From NCBI GenBank assembly GCA_963695345.1, contig OY968769.1, positions 2,497,993 through 2,561,992 of the forward strand: a stretch of 64,000 nucleotides of DNA. Reading direction: 5' to 3'. The notes under the pieces are model-generated. The model saw nothing but the letters and a program-made list of their open reading frames with translations, was not told the origin of the DNA and searched no databases. Each line of letters starts with the position of its first letter. Positions within the stretch are counted from its first letter, which is position 1. A program made the position numbers and the translations under genes. This document shows positions 9,724 to 19,821 of this stretch, piece after piece. Origin of the DNA: an uncultured Methanomassiliicoccales archaeon (lineage in GTDB: Archaea; Thermoplasmatota; Thermoplasmata; Methanomassiliicoccales; UBA472).

Positions 9724-12282
9724 ATGTGGCCGGAATTCCTGATCATCTGTTATTCTGTTTTTGTCATTTCCTGCTTGGTCATATTCATTGCCCTGCTGGG
9801 CAGGAGGCCGATCAGGGTCAGGGCAGGCTTGGTCATGCTTCCAGCTTGCGCATTGCTCTCTTTCGCATCGATAATTCAGACAATGTCCCCGAATTTCACG
9901 ACCCTTCTGGTTACCTACTACTTCAACTCCCTCATGTTTGTGGTAATTTTCACCGGCTACATATTCTTCGCCGGAGAGTTCACCGACAGGTTCGATCCAT
10001 TCAAAAAGAGGAACCTGATCCTGATACTTGCTGTCCCAGTGGTCGTCACTTTTTCGCTTATAACCGACCCCTGGCTTCACCTTTTCAATTCGTCATACTC
10101 TCTGTTGAGCGTACCGGACTTTGAACAGCAATTGCTCGGCATCCAGATATCGTGGATGAACTTCATATGGACCGCCTACTGCTATGTCATCGGGGCGATT
10201 TTCACCTTCATTCTTGCGGTGCGTCTGAACCGCGAACGCAGCAAGGTCATCCTGTACATATTCTTGATGAGCTTCGGGATCTGCTACTCCATGAACATCG
10301 GGTCACTGTTCTATGTGGACCTCATGGTGATGCCGATCGACGGGCTGTCGTTCACGTTTGTTACCCTCCTATTCTACACGGCAGCTCTGGGTTTCGGATA
10401 CTTCGATATTGCTCCAGTTGCGCGTAAGAAGATGTTAGATGTCATGAAGGACGCGATCTTCGTCCTCGATTCACAGGGTTCGATTACCGATGTCAACACT
10501 GCCGGTGCAGGATTGATCGGAAAGGAGAGGAACGAACTATTAAGAAAACCCCCATCCGCGATCATTCAAAAGTTCCCAGGATTGACAGAACTGATCATTC
10601 GAAAGGAATCATTTTCGAACATCGAGACAAGCGATGAAATGGGAAGGACCTATAACGTGGAAATGATCCCCTTCCAGTACGGAAAGATCGGTCAATTCGG
10701 GAACATGCTGGTAATGAACGATACGACCGAAAGGAAGAAAGCGGAGAGGAAGTTCCTAGAGGCCGAGACCAGGGCCAAGATGGCCGAGGTCGATCGGAAA
10801 TATAGGACCCTAGTGGATAACCAGACCGAGTCGATCATAACCTTTGACGTGAATGGTAAAATCACATTCGGAAATCCTGTCTTTGACCGTATCATAAGGA
10901 AAATCGGAAAAGAACTTCATAAGGCCAACCTCAGCGACATCATGAGCGACATGGATAGGGAGACGATGTGGACCTTGATCCATAGGGCCACAGCCGGGAG
11001 GCCGGAATTTCATTACGAACATATGATCTCATTCTCTGAGGATGAGGTCCTCTGGCTTCATTGGCAGGGAAAGGTGATATTCGACCAGAACGGCTCGATC
11101 AGAGAGGTCCAATCCGCCGCGATGGATATCACCGAGAAAAAGACCAGCGAGGCGGAATATCAGGCCATTGTGGAATGCCAGAAGGAAATGATAGTGCGGA
11201 GGACAAAAGCCGGCCGGATCAACTTTGCCAATCAGGCATTTTCCGCGTTCTTTGATGTCCCCATCGGGGAGCTCATCGGCAGCAGCTACTTCCCCCCGGC
11301 GGACGAGGAAGACATCATCTCCTTCATGGACGCCATTTCCTCGCTCACCAAGGATAAACCGGATCATGATTTTCTTCCTTTGAAAGTGTTCCTCGCCGAT
11401 GATATCACCAGGTTCACCGAATGGAAGGTGCGCGGCATTTTTGATTCCAAGGACCGGTTGATCGAATATCAGGCCGTGGGCAATGACATCACCGACAAGC
11501 TAAAAATGGAACAGGAGCTTGTCAAGACCCAGAAACTCGAGTCCATAGGGGTCCTGGCCGGAGGGATCGCCCATGATTTCAACAACCTTTTGTCCTCGAT
11601 AGTCAGCAACATCGAGGTAGCCACATCTGAGGCAACGATCGAGAGGGCTGCACGCCACAGGCTCGACGAGGCGGTAAGGACGGCTTTGAGCGCCAGGCGT
11701 CTTACTCAGCAGCTCCTCACATTCTCTACGGGGGGTAAACCGGTGAAGGAGGCAATGGACATCGCCACCATGTTGCGACCGAACATCGAGTTCACCCTCG
11801 CCGGTTCAAATGTCAAAGCTGATTACCGCATCACGAGCGATCTGCGCCATATCTCGGCGGACCCATTCCAGATCAGCCAGGTCATCAACAACCTGGTAAT
11901 CAACGCCATCCAGGCGATGCCAGACGGGGGAAGGATCATTGTGAACGCGTCTAACGCAGAGACCAAAGAGACGCCCACGGACCTGGCCGACGGAGTGGAA
12001 TATATCGAGATATCCATAGCGGATACCGGTGCTGGGATGCCCGAAGAGATACAGAATAAGATCTTCGACCCTTTCTTCACCACCAAGAAGAAAGGAACTG
12101 GTTTGGGACTTTCCACGGTTCAATCCATTGTCAAGAACCATCATGGAAGCATCCGGGTGGAATCCAAGCTGGGGGAGGGAACGACGTTCAACATCTACCT
12201 TCCAGCGTGTGAAAAGGACCTGATGGAGCTACCGGAACAACTACCCAAGGCGGTAAGGGTACGGGAAGCCAAGATCTGGTGA
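9724..12282 (+). CDS. Membrane sensor kinase (HisKA_7TM-like, PAS x3, HisKA/HATPase), probably continuous with the next receiver
   Basis: ~7 hydrophobic segments, LAGGIAHDFNN H-box, DPFFTTK and GTGLGL boxes. Paralog of 13505-16120. Confidence 0.92.
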   Translation: MWPEFLIICYSVFVISCLVIFIALLGRRPIRVRAGLVMLPACALLSFASIIQTMSPNFTTLLVTYYFNSLMFVVIFTGYIFFAGEFTDRFDPFKKRNLILILAVPVVVTFSLITDPWLHLFNSSYSLLSVPDFEQQLLGIQISWMNFIWTAYCYVIGAIFTFILAVRLNRERSKVILYIFLMSFGICYSMNIGSLFYVDLMVMPIDGLSFTFVTLLFYTAALGFGYFDIAPVARKKMLDVMKDAIFVLDSQGSITDVNTAGAGLIGKERNELLRKPPSAIIQKFPGLTELIIRKESFSNIETSDEMGRTYNVEMIPFQYGKIGQFGNMLVMNDTTERKKAERKFLEAETRAKMAEVDRKYRTLVDNQTESIITFDVNGKITFGNPVFDRIIRKIGKELHKANLSDIMSDMDRETMWTLIHRATAGRPEFHYEHMISFSEDEVLWLHWQGKVIFDQNGSIREVQSAAMDITEKKTSEAEYQAIVECQKEMIVRRTKAGRINFANQAFSAFFDVPIGELIGSSYFPPADEEDIISFMDAISSLTKDKPDHDFLPLKVFLADDITRFTEWKVRGIFDSKDRLIEYQAVGNDITDKLKMEQELVKTQKLESIGVLAGGIAHDFNNLLSSIVSNIEVATSEATIERAARHRLDEAVRTALSARRLTQQLLTFSTGGKPVKEAMDIATMLRPNIEFTLAGSNVKADYRITSDLRHISADPFQISQVINNLVINAIQAMPDGGRIIVNASNAETKETPTDLADGVEYIEISIADTGAGMPEEIQNKIFDPFFTTKKKGTGLGLSTVQSIVKNHHGSIRVESKLGEGTTFNIYLPACEKDLMELPEQLPKAVRVREAKIW

Positions 12283-12659
12283 TGGACGACGATGAGTCGA
12301 TATTAGACGTCCTTTCGATAATCCTTTCCGACATGGGCCATCATGTGGAGGTTGCCAGGACCGGGGAGGAGGCGGTGGAGTCTGTCTCCTCATCCGTCTC
12401 CGATAATGCGAGATTCGACCTGATCATAATGGACCTGACGATCAAGGGAGGAATGGGTGGGAAGGACGCTATCATACACATCCGGAGATTGGACCCGGAG
12501 ATCCAGGCCATCGTATCAAGCGGATACTCCAATGACCCGGTGATGTCCGATCCCCAGAAATACGGTTTCAACGATGTTTTGCAGAAACCATACACCATAC
12601 AGGAGATCAAGGAAAAGCTATCGACGATGCTCGGCGACGAAGTCGATCAAGGTTATTAG
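12279..12659 (+). CDS. Receiver domain, separated from the upstream kinase by a 1-nt frameshift
   Basis: VMDDDE...IMDLT...SSGYS...QKPY. One extra C at aagatc(c)tggtg gives K-I-L-V-M-D-D, as in the fused paralog. Confidence 0.88.
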   Translation: MMDDDESILDVLSIILSDMGHHVEVARTGEEAVESVSSSVSDNARFDLIIMDLTIKGGMGGKDAIIHIRRLDPEIQAIVSSGYSNDPVMSDPQKYGFNDVLQKPYTIQEIKEKLSTMLGDEVDQGY

Positions 12660-12999
12660 AAACAGACCGGTTTTGTTCATGTCGGAGCGATGTCATTTTC
12701 GGTCCTGAGGCACACTCAAGAGAGATTGTGGAAAGAATTGACCATGTTCCAAGCTACCCATTCGTTTAGCAACATATATTATCTAAAGAAGGCAGGGGAA
12801 GACAAGGTCGAATGTTCGGATTGAACAATTTCCAATTTATCGCTGAAATCTTCCCGCTTGTTCAAATATCTCAGGTCCGAATCATCAACCGTAGTGTCTG
12901 AGCTAATCGCGGCCTGGTCATGGACGATTGGAAAACATCGCCAGACTTCCGGCGAACCATTGGCGTTTGGACACGAGTTCGTTACAGGATGGGGATGAT

Positions 13000-13449
13000 A
13001 TGATAGGTCATCGTTGCGTACGGGTCTTGATAGTCGAGGATAAGAAAGCCGATGCACGACTGGTCCAAGCCTTGTTGGAAGAAACCGGTGTGCCAGCGAC
13101 GATCACGTTTGTTGAAGACGGGGAAAAGGCGATCGAGTTCATGGAAGATGCCGCAAATGGAGACATTCCAGCGCCAGACCTTGTGCTGCTGGACATCAAC
13201 CTACCTAAATTGAACGGACATGAGGTCCTTACCCGCATTAGAGAGCATGCCCGAATTGCCCACACCTTCATCGCCATGTGTTCGGGTTCGAGTTCATGCG
13301 AAGACATCCGGCGCTCACGAAGCAATGGCGCGGATGCCTATCTTCTCAAGCCCACCGGAATGGAAGAAATGGACGAGATAGTGAACCGTTTGAGGGAGAT
13401 CCTCACCTCGATCGATGGAACGGAACGCTTGATCTCTCTCCAGCACTAG
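13000..13449 (+). CDS. Stand-alone response regulator (Rcp1-like)
   Basis: VLIVED, PDLVLLDINLPKLNGHEVL, AYLLKP. Confidence 0.9.
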   Translation: MIGHRCVRVLIVEDKKADARLVQALLEETGVPATITFVEDGEKAIEFMEDAANGDIPAPDLVLLDINLPKLNGHEVLTRIREHARIAHTFIAMCSGSSSCEDIRRSRSNGADAYLLKPTGMEEMDEIVNRLREILTSIDGTERLISLQH

Positions 13450-13504
13450 CGACCTCTTCCGACGCCTATCGATGGTCCTGACCCGAACCGTCGACGAAGG
13501 CCGT

Positions 13505-16120
13505 TTACCTTGCCCCTTCTCCTGCCGTATTCCCTTTTAGCTTGGTCTCCAGTTTTGTTACTTCAATGTTCGCCATCACGCCGTCGATCTTCGTCGAAAG
13601 GTCGTTCATGGTGAATGGCTTCTGCAACACATCAGCAAACCCATATTCCCGAGGGTGGGCCATTATCGGATCGTTCGAATATCCGCTGGAAACGATAACC
13701 CGGGCATCCGGGTCCATGGACCTGATCTCATGGATCGCCTCCTTCCCGCCCATACCCCCGCGTATGGTCAGGTCCATGATGACCGCGTCGAACGGCCGTC
13801 CTTCCGATAGACGCCTCCGATAGGCCTTTATCGCCTCTTCTCCGGTCTTCGCGCATTCGACCAGATAGCCAAAGCTTTCCAGCATGGTCTGCAGAACGTC
13901 GAGGATCGATTCCTCGTCATCCATCACCAGGATGCTCCCTTGTCTTTTCATATCGACCCTCAGTATTTCGATGGAAGGTTGGGCATCGTCCTCCGTTGCC
14001 GGCAGGACAATGGAGAATTTGGTTCCTGCCCCGACCCTTGAATCGACCGTCACTATCCCCCCATGGTTCCTTACGATGGACCTGACGGTGGATAGTCCCA
14101 GACCGGTCCCTGTCGCCTTGGTGGTGAAGAAGGGATCAAAGATCTTGTCCATATGGTCCGGATGGATTCCTCCGCCCTCGTCCTTGATCTCTATCACGAT
14201 ATGGGAGCGATTCCCATCCTCCGAATGAAGGATGTCCGAATCAAAGTTCCTCATCTCGATGAAAAGGTTGCCGCCGCGGGGCATGGCCTGCATCGCGTTG
14301 ATGACGAGATTGTTAATGACCTGTTCTATCTGGATGGGATCCGCCGATATCATGTGCAGCCCGCTGTCTATGTCATAGACGGGGACGAACTGGGAACCGG
14401 CAAGCACGAATTCGACGGTTGAGGGGACCAGGGCCTTGAGGTCGACCACTTCTTTGATCGGCTGCCCTCCTTTGGAGTAGGTCAGCAGCTGCTGTGTCAG
14501 GTTCCTCGCCCTCATGGCTGAACTGACCGCCTCTTGCAGGCGGAGAACATACTTCGCGTCCTCCGGATGCTCAAGCATGGCGATCTCGGTGTTGCTGACG
14601 ATGGAGGCCAACATGTTGTTGAAATCATGCGCGATCCCTCCAGCCAGGACTCCCAGGGATTCGAGCTTCTGATTCCTGGCCATCTCCTGCTCGAGCCGCT
14701 GGCGCTCGGTGATGTCGATGCCCACGGCCTGGACCTCCTGTAGCGAGCCCGCGCCGTCGTAGATGCCCTTCGCTCTCCAAAGAATGTTCTGGGTTCGCCC
14801 GTCCGGCCTCGAAATGACGTGCTCGTACTCTCCGACCGGGTTCCCCGGCGTCATTGCGGATATGAACTTGTTCAATCCCCGGGAATCCCAGAAGGTTGGA
14901 AACTGATAGACGTTCAGCTCGCTAAGCGGGATCCCTATCTTGGCGAGGTATTGCTCGACGACCCGATTGGCGAAGGTGACCTTGCCGTCCGGACGGAAGG
15001 AGACAATGGCCTCGGTCTGGTTGTCGACCACCATCCGGTACTTGCGCTCGCTCTCAGCCAGCTTCTCCTGGGCCTCAGCCTTCCTCATGAGCTCCTCTAT
15101 CTTTTTGCGCTCGGTAAGCTCGTGCAGGACCACCAGGTTTCCCAGGCTCGCGGTGTAGCCGATCTTGTATTCCTTGATGTTCACCTCAAAGCTCCGTCCA
15201 TGCGGATCGGTGACCTCCCGGGGGAGGTCCCTGATATCGGTCGGATAAGGAAGGCCCTTGAAGTACGGGATCGTTGCGAAAACATCGGGGAAAGGCTTCC
15301 CGATGACCTCCTTGGCCTGGTCTCCCAGATATTCTTTGCAGGCTTGATTGAGGACCATCACCCGGCCGCGGGAATCGATGGTGATTATATTGTCCTGGAT
15401 CACGTCCAGCATCTTCTCCTTGCTGGCCGGCGCAAGGTCGAAGACTCCGAATTTGAAAGAGTAAAGGTAGATGGCGGCCACCGATATGGCATAGGCGAGA
15501 TTGTCCGGATCGACCGCGTTAAGGTCCTGATAGAAGTAAGAGGCGAATATGAAGGAATGGATCAGCACCACGCCTCCCAGGAAAGTGAACGCCAAGCCCT
15601 TGGAGCCATCCCAGTAAACATATAGGAAAAGGTAGAAGGCGAAAACAGTTCCAACGATATCGAAATATGCGATCCAGAGGAAACCGATGATCGACTGGTT
15701 GACGATCAATATGGGGCCTGACATCGATTGGCTGAAGGTAAGCGCCTGAGAGCTTGTGAACAGGTGGAACCACGGATCGGTGAGGATGGCGAACGTGGCC
15801 AGTGCCGGAACCGTTAGCAACGGGAAGAAAACTTTCTCCTTGAAGGGATCGTATCGCTGGGTTATCTCCAACACCATGAACAGGAAACAAGTGAAGATGA
15901 CGATGAAGAGCAATGAAGAAACATAGTAGAGATTGCTCTTTTCCTCGAGCGTGTCAGAGTAGAGCTGGATGATCTCAACCAGGCAAGCCACCGAGGTCAA
16001 AGGGAGCATGACGAGACCGGCCTTGATCATCAAAGGGCGGCGACCCATGATGATGCTGAAGATCCACATGTTGAGGAACAATAAAATGGACAGGGCGGCT
16101 AGAAAGACCTCGAAGAGCAT
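13505..16120 (-). CDS. Hybrid membrane sensor kinase: 7TM, PAS, HisKA/HATPase, REC
   Basis: Hydrophobic N-terminus, LAGGIAHDFNN, DPFFTTK, C-terminal ILVMDDE...MDLT...QKPF. Confidence 0.93.
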   Translation of the reverse strand: MLFEVFLAALSILLFLNMWIFSIIMGRRPLMIKAGLVMLPLTSVACLVEIIQLYSDTLEEKSNLYYVSSLLFIVIFTCFLFMVLEITQRYDPFKEKVFFPLLTVPALATFAILTDPWFHLFTSSQALTFSQSMSGPILIVNQSIIGFLWIAYFDIVGTVFAFYLFLYVYWDGSKGLAFTFLGGVVLIHSFIFASYFYQDLNAVDPDNLAYAISVAAIYLYSFKFGVFDLAPASKEKMLDVIQDNIITIDSRGRVMVLNQACKEYLGDQAKEVIGKPFPDVFATIPYFKGLPYPTDIRDLPREVTDPHGRSFEVNIKEYKIGYTASLGNLVVLHELTERKKIEELMRKAEAQEKLAESERKYRMVVDNQTEAIVSFRPDGKVTFANRVVEQYLAKIGIPLSELNVYQFPTFWDSRGLNKFISAMTPGNPVGEYEHVISRPDGRTQNILWRAKGIYDGAGSLQEVQAVGIDITERQRLEQEMARNQKLESLGVLAGGIAHDFNNMLASIVSNTEIAMLEHPEDAKYVLRLQEAVSSAMRARNLTQQLLTYSKGGQPIKEVVDLKALVPSTVEFVLAGSQFVPVYDIDSGLHMISADPIQIEQVINNLVINAMQAMPRGGNLFIEMRNFDSDILHSEDGNRSHIVIEIKDEGGGIHPDHMDKIFDPFFTTKATGTGLGLSTVRSIVRNHGGIVTVDSRVGAGTKFSIVLPATEDDAQPSIEILRVDMKRQGSILVMDDEESILDVLQTMLESFGYLVECAKTGEEAIKAYRRRLSEGRPFDAVIMDLTIRGGMGGKEAIHEIRSMDPDARVIVSSGYSNDPIMAHPREYGFADVLQKPFTMNDLSTKIDGVMANIEVTKLETKLKGNTAGEGAR

Positions 16121-16340
16121 TATGACCTACCAGATGGACAACGCCGTAGTCCATTAGACACGTTATAAACGTTTCCACTTTGATACCACATTGAGGAGCA
16201 TGAAGACGATGGATCGATCAAGGTCCAGGAATTGCGATGAACAGCGTCTGCCCTCTTCATGAATCGAACCTCCTATCTTCCCCGCCCTTCGCGTATTTCA
16301 CCGGTCGCTTCCAGAAAGGCGCCCACCGATCCGGCACCGA

Positions 16341-16583
16341 TCACAGGCCGAGGGCCACACCGGCCAGGATCGACAGAACACCGGCCGATATCAGTCCGAC
16401 CACGTACTGCCTCTTGAACATGCTGGTCAACTGGTCATCCAAGTAGGCATTGGCATTCTTGAGGTTGTTCACCGATGCCTGAGCCCCGTTCTCCATGGTG
16501 GAGAAGATCGTCTTGACCCCATTTGCCAGGTCTTCCAGGTCGTCCATGGAGTCATTGATGCCGTTCTTGAAGGTGGTATCCAC
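16341..16583 (-). other. Possible small or 5'-truncated helical protein with a C-terminal TM segment
   Basis: Coding-like composition, amphipathic helix, C-terminal YVVGLISAGVLSILAGVALGL. The frame is closed upstream by a TGA inside the 16617-16638 hairpin. Confidence 0.45.
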
Positions 16584-16616
16584 ATAGTTCCTTATCTGGA
16601 TGATCTCCGGGGGATG

Positions 16617-16638
16617 CCGCCTTCAGAAACGAAGGCGG
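16617..16638 (-). terminator. Hairpin downstream of cheC
   Basis: CCGCCTTC-agaaac-GAAGGCGG, a perfect 8-bp stem about 60 nt after the cheC stop. Confidence 0.4.
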
Positions 16639-16696
16639 ATCCAGGCGATCTGGGACACAACCACATCCGCTTTGCCCATTTCGCCTTGACGGCGGA

Positions 16697-17323
16697 TTAC
16701 TCGATCTCGAACTTCTCCATCAACAGTTTCTCGGTATCGCGGTCCGGAATGTAGATGAAATATGCAGGGAATCTTTGCTTTTCCGTTATGAAGTGGGTCT
16801 TGATGATGACCAGATTCTCATAGTCCTCCGACGCCATCAAAGCCGGGTATTCCATCACCGCGCTGAGCATCCCGACGGCGATTCCGGGAGGGGTGGGAAG
16901 TATGGTTATCCCGAGGAAACCCGAGATGGCGTTCAGGTATGCTGACGCGCATATGTTGCCGATCTCTGCTATCGCCTCGCGGTCCTCCTCGTTGAACGCC
17001 CGGGACTCGTCATGGTTCTGGGAGAACAGCATGTCGGTCATCTGCATGGCCACCTTCTCCGTGAGGATCAGAAGCATGCTCCCCTTGTCTTTTCCATTCG
17101 CTCCAAGGTAGACAGCGACTACGGGTTGTTCCGGCTCTCCCAGGACGTACGGTGCCTCCAAGGTCTTGCAGACAAAGCATTCCGGTACATCGACCAGGAT
17201 GTCCTGGTGCAGCATCGTCGTCAGCGCTGTCGAGGCGTGCGAGGCCCCGATGTTACCGATCTCGCGTAGAGCGTCGATCTGGTCGGCTGTGTATGTTGAT
17301 TTTCTGTTGGTTGTGTTTTCCAT
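16697..17323 (-). CDS. cheC: CheC-family phosphatase
   Basis: Two D/E-x3-E-x2-N motifs: DALREIGNIGAS and EAIAEIGNICAS. Confidence 0.9.
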   Translation of the reverse strand: MENTTNRKSTYTADQIDALREIGNIGASHASTALTTMLHQDILVDVPECFVCKTLEAPYVLGEPEQPVVAVYLGANGKDKGSMLLILTEKVAMQMTDMLFSQNHDESRAFNEEDREAIAEIGNICASAYLNAISGFLGITILPTPPGIAVGMLSAVMEYPALMASEDYENLVIIKTHFITEKQRFPAYFIYIPDRDTEKLLMEKFEIE

Positions 17324-17446
17324 CTCTAATCCGCCCTTTTCATCCAGACCTTCTGTGACATGAATCCACTGAATCGACGCCGACATCTAGAAGGCCAGGT
17401 CCAGGGCCGTAAATGCCGGGAAGGAAGGGGTTTAGATCGACTATGA

Positions 17447-17818
17447 TCATACCGTCTGTTTGGATATCTCCATGAACTCGGACATCTCGATATCGAATGT
17501 GGTGTTCTTGGAGGTTCCATCGATCATCTCTATGTTGGCCCTGATCTTGTTCCTCTCGAACACGATCTGCGCATTCTTAACGTTCGATTTGTACAGGCTG
17601 ATCCTCTTTCCCGCCTGGGTAAGTCTCCTTTCCACACAGTTGATAAGTCCGCAATCCTCCAGGATCTTGATCTTGCGGTAACAGGCGGCTATCGGCACAC
17701 CGAGCTTGTCGCTCAATTCGAATGCCGTTTTCGGTTTCCCCATGGTGGCGAGAAGTATCTTCGCGGAGTACTCCTCGGTCAGTATCCTCGATGTTTCGAG
17801 TGCGTGCATTTCCGACAC
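17447..17818 (-). CDS. ArsR-like winged-helix regulator
   Basis: KILLATMGKPKTAFELSDKLGVPIAACYRKIKILEDCGLI is an archaeal wHTH pattern. Confidence 0.85.
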   Translation of the reverse strand: MSEMHALETSRILTEEYSAKILLATMGKPKTAFELSDKLGVPIAACYRKIKILEDCGLINCVERRLTQAGKRISLYKSNVKNAQIVFERNKIRANIEMIDGTSKNTTFDIEMSEFMEISKQTV

Positions 17819-18037
17819 CTTGAGAATGAACGCAACTTTTTGGTATATAATCCGGATTAGTCGCCTACTGTTTTTGATATTGAAAAGAACATGGGTGCCA
17901 GATCATACAATTATCGATAAAATCATTCATTTCTGGATTTGGAACTAGTCGTTCTTGCATCAGCGAACAAGCCTCTCAAGGTAGCATAAACTCATAAAAG
18001 CGAATACATTGAACGCAATTGACAGACCATTCCTCGA

Positions 18038-19354
18038 TCAGCTCGTGATCGCCCCTGCGCTCCTACGAAATCGGACAATTGCCACCACGATCATCATTTG
18101 ACGATCGGGGTTATGTCGATATTGAACATCTCTGCTCCAGTCCTCGTTGCCGAGGCATCCGCCCGAGCATATCCCCGCATAAGGGCAATCGCAGGACGGC
18201 CTTCTCCGAAGCGCGACCATGTCCTTCGAGTGCCAAAGGTCCAGAATCCTTTGGTCCTTGATATTGCCGATCGTCTGGTCCAGATTACCGCACGCCCTTA
18301 CCTCCCCATCGGCGCTGATGTACATCAGCGACCTTCCAGCAGGGCATCCGTAGATGGTGGCATCGCAGCAGACCGGACCGTAGGGCGGGAACCCTCCCCC
18401 TTCGATGTTCAGACCGTCCGGGCCGCTCTCCCGGAAGACCCGTATCCTGTCTGACATTTCCACCTTGTCCTCCCTGTCCCATTGGTCCAGTTTGCTGCCT
18501 CTGCCTTTGGAGAACAGAACAAGAAAGCGCAGGGAAGGTACATCCAGGCTACTTGCCAGTCGGATCATGTCATCCATCTGATGCACGTTGGCATCCATGA
18601 CGGTGCAGGAGATGTTCAGGGAGCCGACCCCATGCTTCCTCAGCAGCCTGACGGCCTCGCAAGCCCTGGAAAAGGCCCCTGACCTGCCAACGATGGCATC
18701 GTGGGTACTTTCGTTCGCCCCATGGATGCTTACCTGAACCGAGTCGAATAGGATCGCCATCTTCTCAGCCAGGGCGTCATCCACCAACAGACCATTTGTG
18801 CTCGTGGAAAGGGTCCTGATCCCCGACATCCTGGCCAAGGTGGCTAGCTCGATGAAGGAGGGATTGCAGGTGGGCTCGCCGCCCATGAACGACATTTCCG
18901 GAATCCTGAGCTCACCAGCCTGTTGTATGATATCCACATAGTCCTGTAAGGAGAGGCCGCTCTCGGCGGATGCTGGAGATGCTTCCCTCGAGCAATGGAT
19001 GCAACGCAGATTGCATTTCTTGGTGATGTCCAACTCAATCTTCAGGGGCATCTGGAAAAACCATGTGGTCTCCATATCCCGGTATGATTCCGCATATCTT
19101 CGGTCTATGTCGGGGACTATCAGTCTCCTAGAGGCGTCTGGCCCATATCCGATGAGGCCGTACCGATAATATTGTTCAAGCTCCTCTGCGTCTTGGTCGG
19201 ACCGGGATATCTCCCAGAAGCTCTTTCCCGGGACCGATTTGAGAAGATCGACCGAATCCACCACATACTGTCCCCGATCGTTCTCGATGACATATCCGGC
19301 ATTCATGGGGTAAACAAACAGATCATCCGTCAAATAGAGGGGCGCACCCTTCAT
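18038..19354 (-). CDS. Radical SAM/SPASM protein with N-terminal RRE(PqqD)-like region, putative peptide maturase
   Basis: CNLRCIHC, GGEP, STNG, SPASM-type CPAG...GEVRAC...IGNI...W...CDCPYAGICSGGC. GGAG RBS before the ATG at 19354 (alternative start 19435). Confidence 0.9.
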   Translation of the reverse strand: MKGAPLYLTDDLFVYPMNAGYVIENDRGQYVVDSVDLLKSVPGKSFWEISRSDQDAEELEQYYRYGLIGYGPDASRRLIVPDIDRRYAESYRDMETTWFFQMPLKIELDITKKCNLRCIHCSREASPASAESGLSLQDYVDIIQQAGELRIPEMSFMGGEPTCNPSFIELATLARMSGIRTLSTSTNGLLVDDALAEKMAILFDSVQVSIHGANESTHDAIVGRSGAFSRACEAVRLLRKHGVGSLNISCTVMDANVHQMDDMIRLASSLDVPSLRFLVLFSKGRGSKLDQWDREDKVEMSDRIRVFRESGPDGLNIEGGGFPPYGPVCCDATIYGCPAGRSLMYISADGEVRACGNLDQTIGNIKDQRILDLWHSKDMVALRRRPSCDCPYAGICSGGCLGNEDWSRDVQYRHNPDRQMMIVVAIVRFRRSAGAITS

Positions 19355-19355
19355 T

Positions 19356-19390
19356 GAGATCTCCTTTCCTTCGCCGGTATGGGAGATCTC
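19356..19390 (-). promoter_or_regulatory. Stem-loop containing the RBS of the radical SAM gene
   Basis: The mRNA reads GAGAUCUCC-17 nt-GGAGAUCUC-A-AUG, a perfect 9-bp stem. Confidence 0.55.
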
Positions 19391-19490
19391 GGGTATCGAA
19401 CAGGGGAGATACTGCTCATTCTTGAATTGCATCATGATTCAACCTGCTGGCGATGTCGATTATAGAGGACTGCCAAACAACCGTTCCAGA

Positions 19491-19799
19491 CTATTTCCTT
19501 ATCTGAACCCCTTTTGACTTGAAGTATTCCGCAACAGAATCCTTGTTCATGCTGATGTACTCGGATACCAGATCCTGACGGTCATTGATCTTGATCGAGA
19601 AGTCGTCACCGGCACACCCGAATCGATCCATCTCGGCCGGGCATTTTCCTTCTCTGCAACAACCCTTGTCTTTGCAGCACCCCTGGTCCCCGACGCAACC
19701 GCAATCATCGGCCCCCACCGGACCGATCCCCGCTCCTATCTTTTTCGTCGCCCTGACCTTTGTCGACGATCTGATGGCTTCTGTGGCAGTTCTTGGCAT
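19491..19799 (-). CDS. Cys-rich 102-aa putative RiPP precursor peptide
   Basis: Eight Cys confined to residues 33-62 in hexad repeats. Same strand as, and directly upstream of, the rSAM/SPASM gene. TATA box ~25 nt upstream. Confidence 0.75.
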   Translation of the reverse strand: MPRTATEAIRSSTKVRATKKIGAGIGPVGADDCGCVGDQGCCKDKGCCREGKCPAEMDRFGCAGDDFSIKINDRQDLVSEYISMNKDSVAEYFKSKGVQIRK

Positions 19800-19821
19800 G
19801 ATTATAAGTCTGAATCCACGA

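Noticed and set aside
19416-19493. Pyrrolysine readthrough of the precursor's TAG fusing it to the rSAM
   Set aside because: Readthrough adds 24 residues and then meets TGA, and it is out of frame with the rSAM gene.
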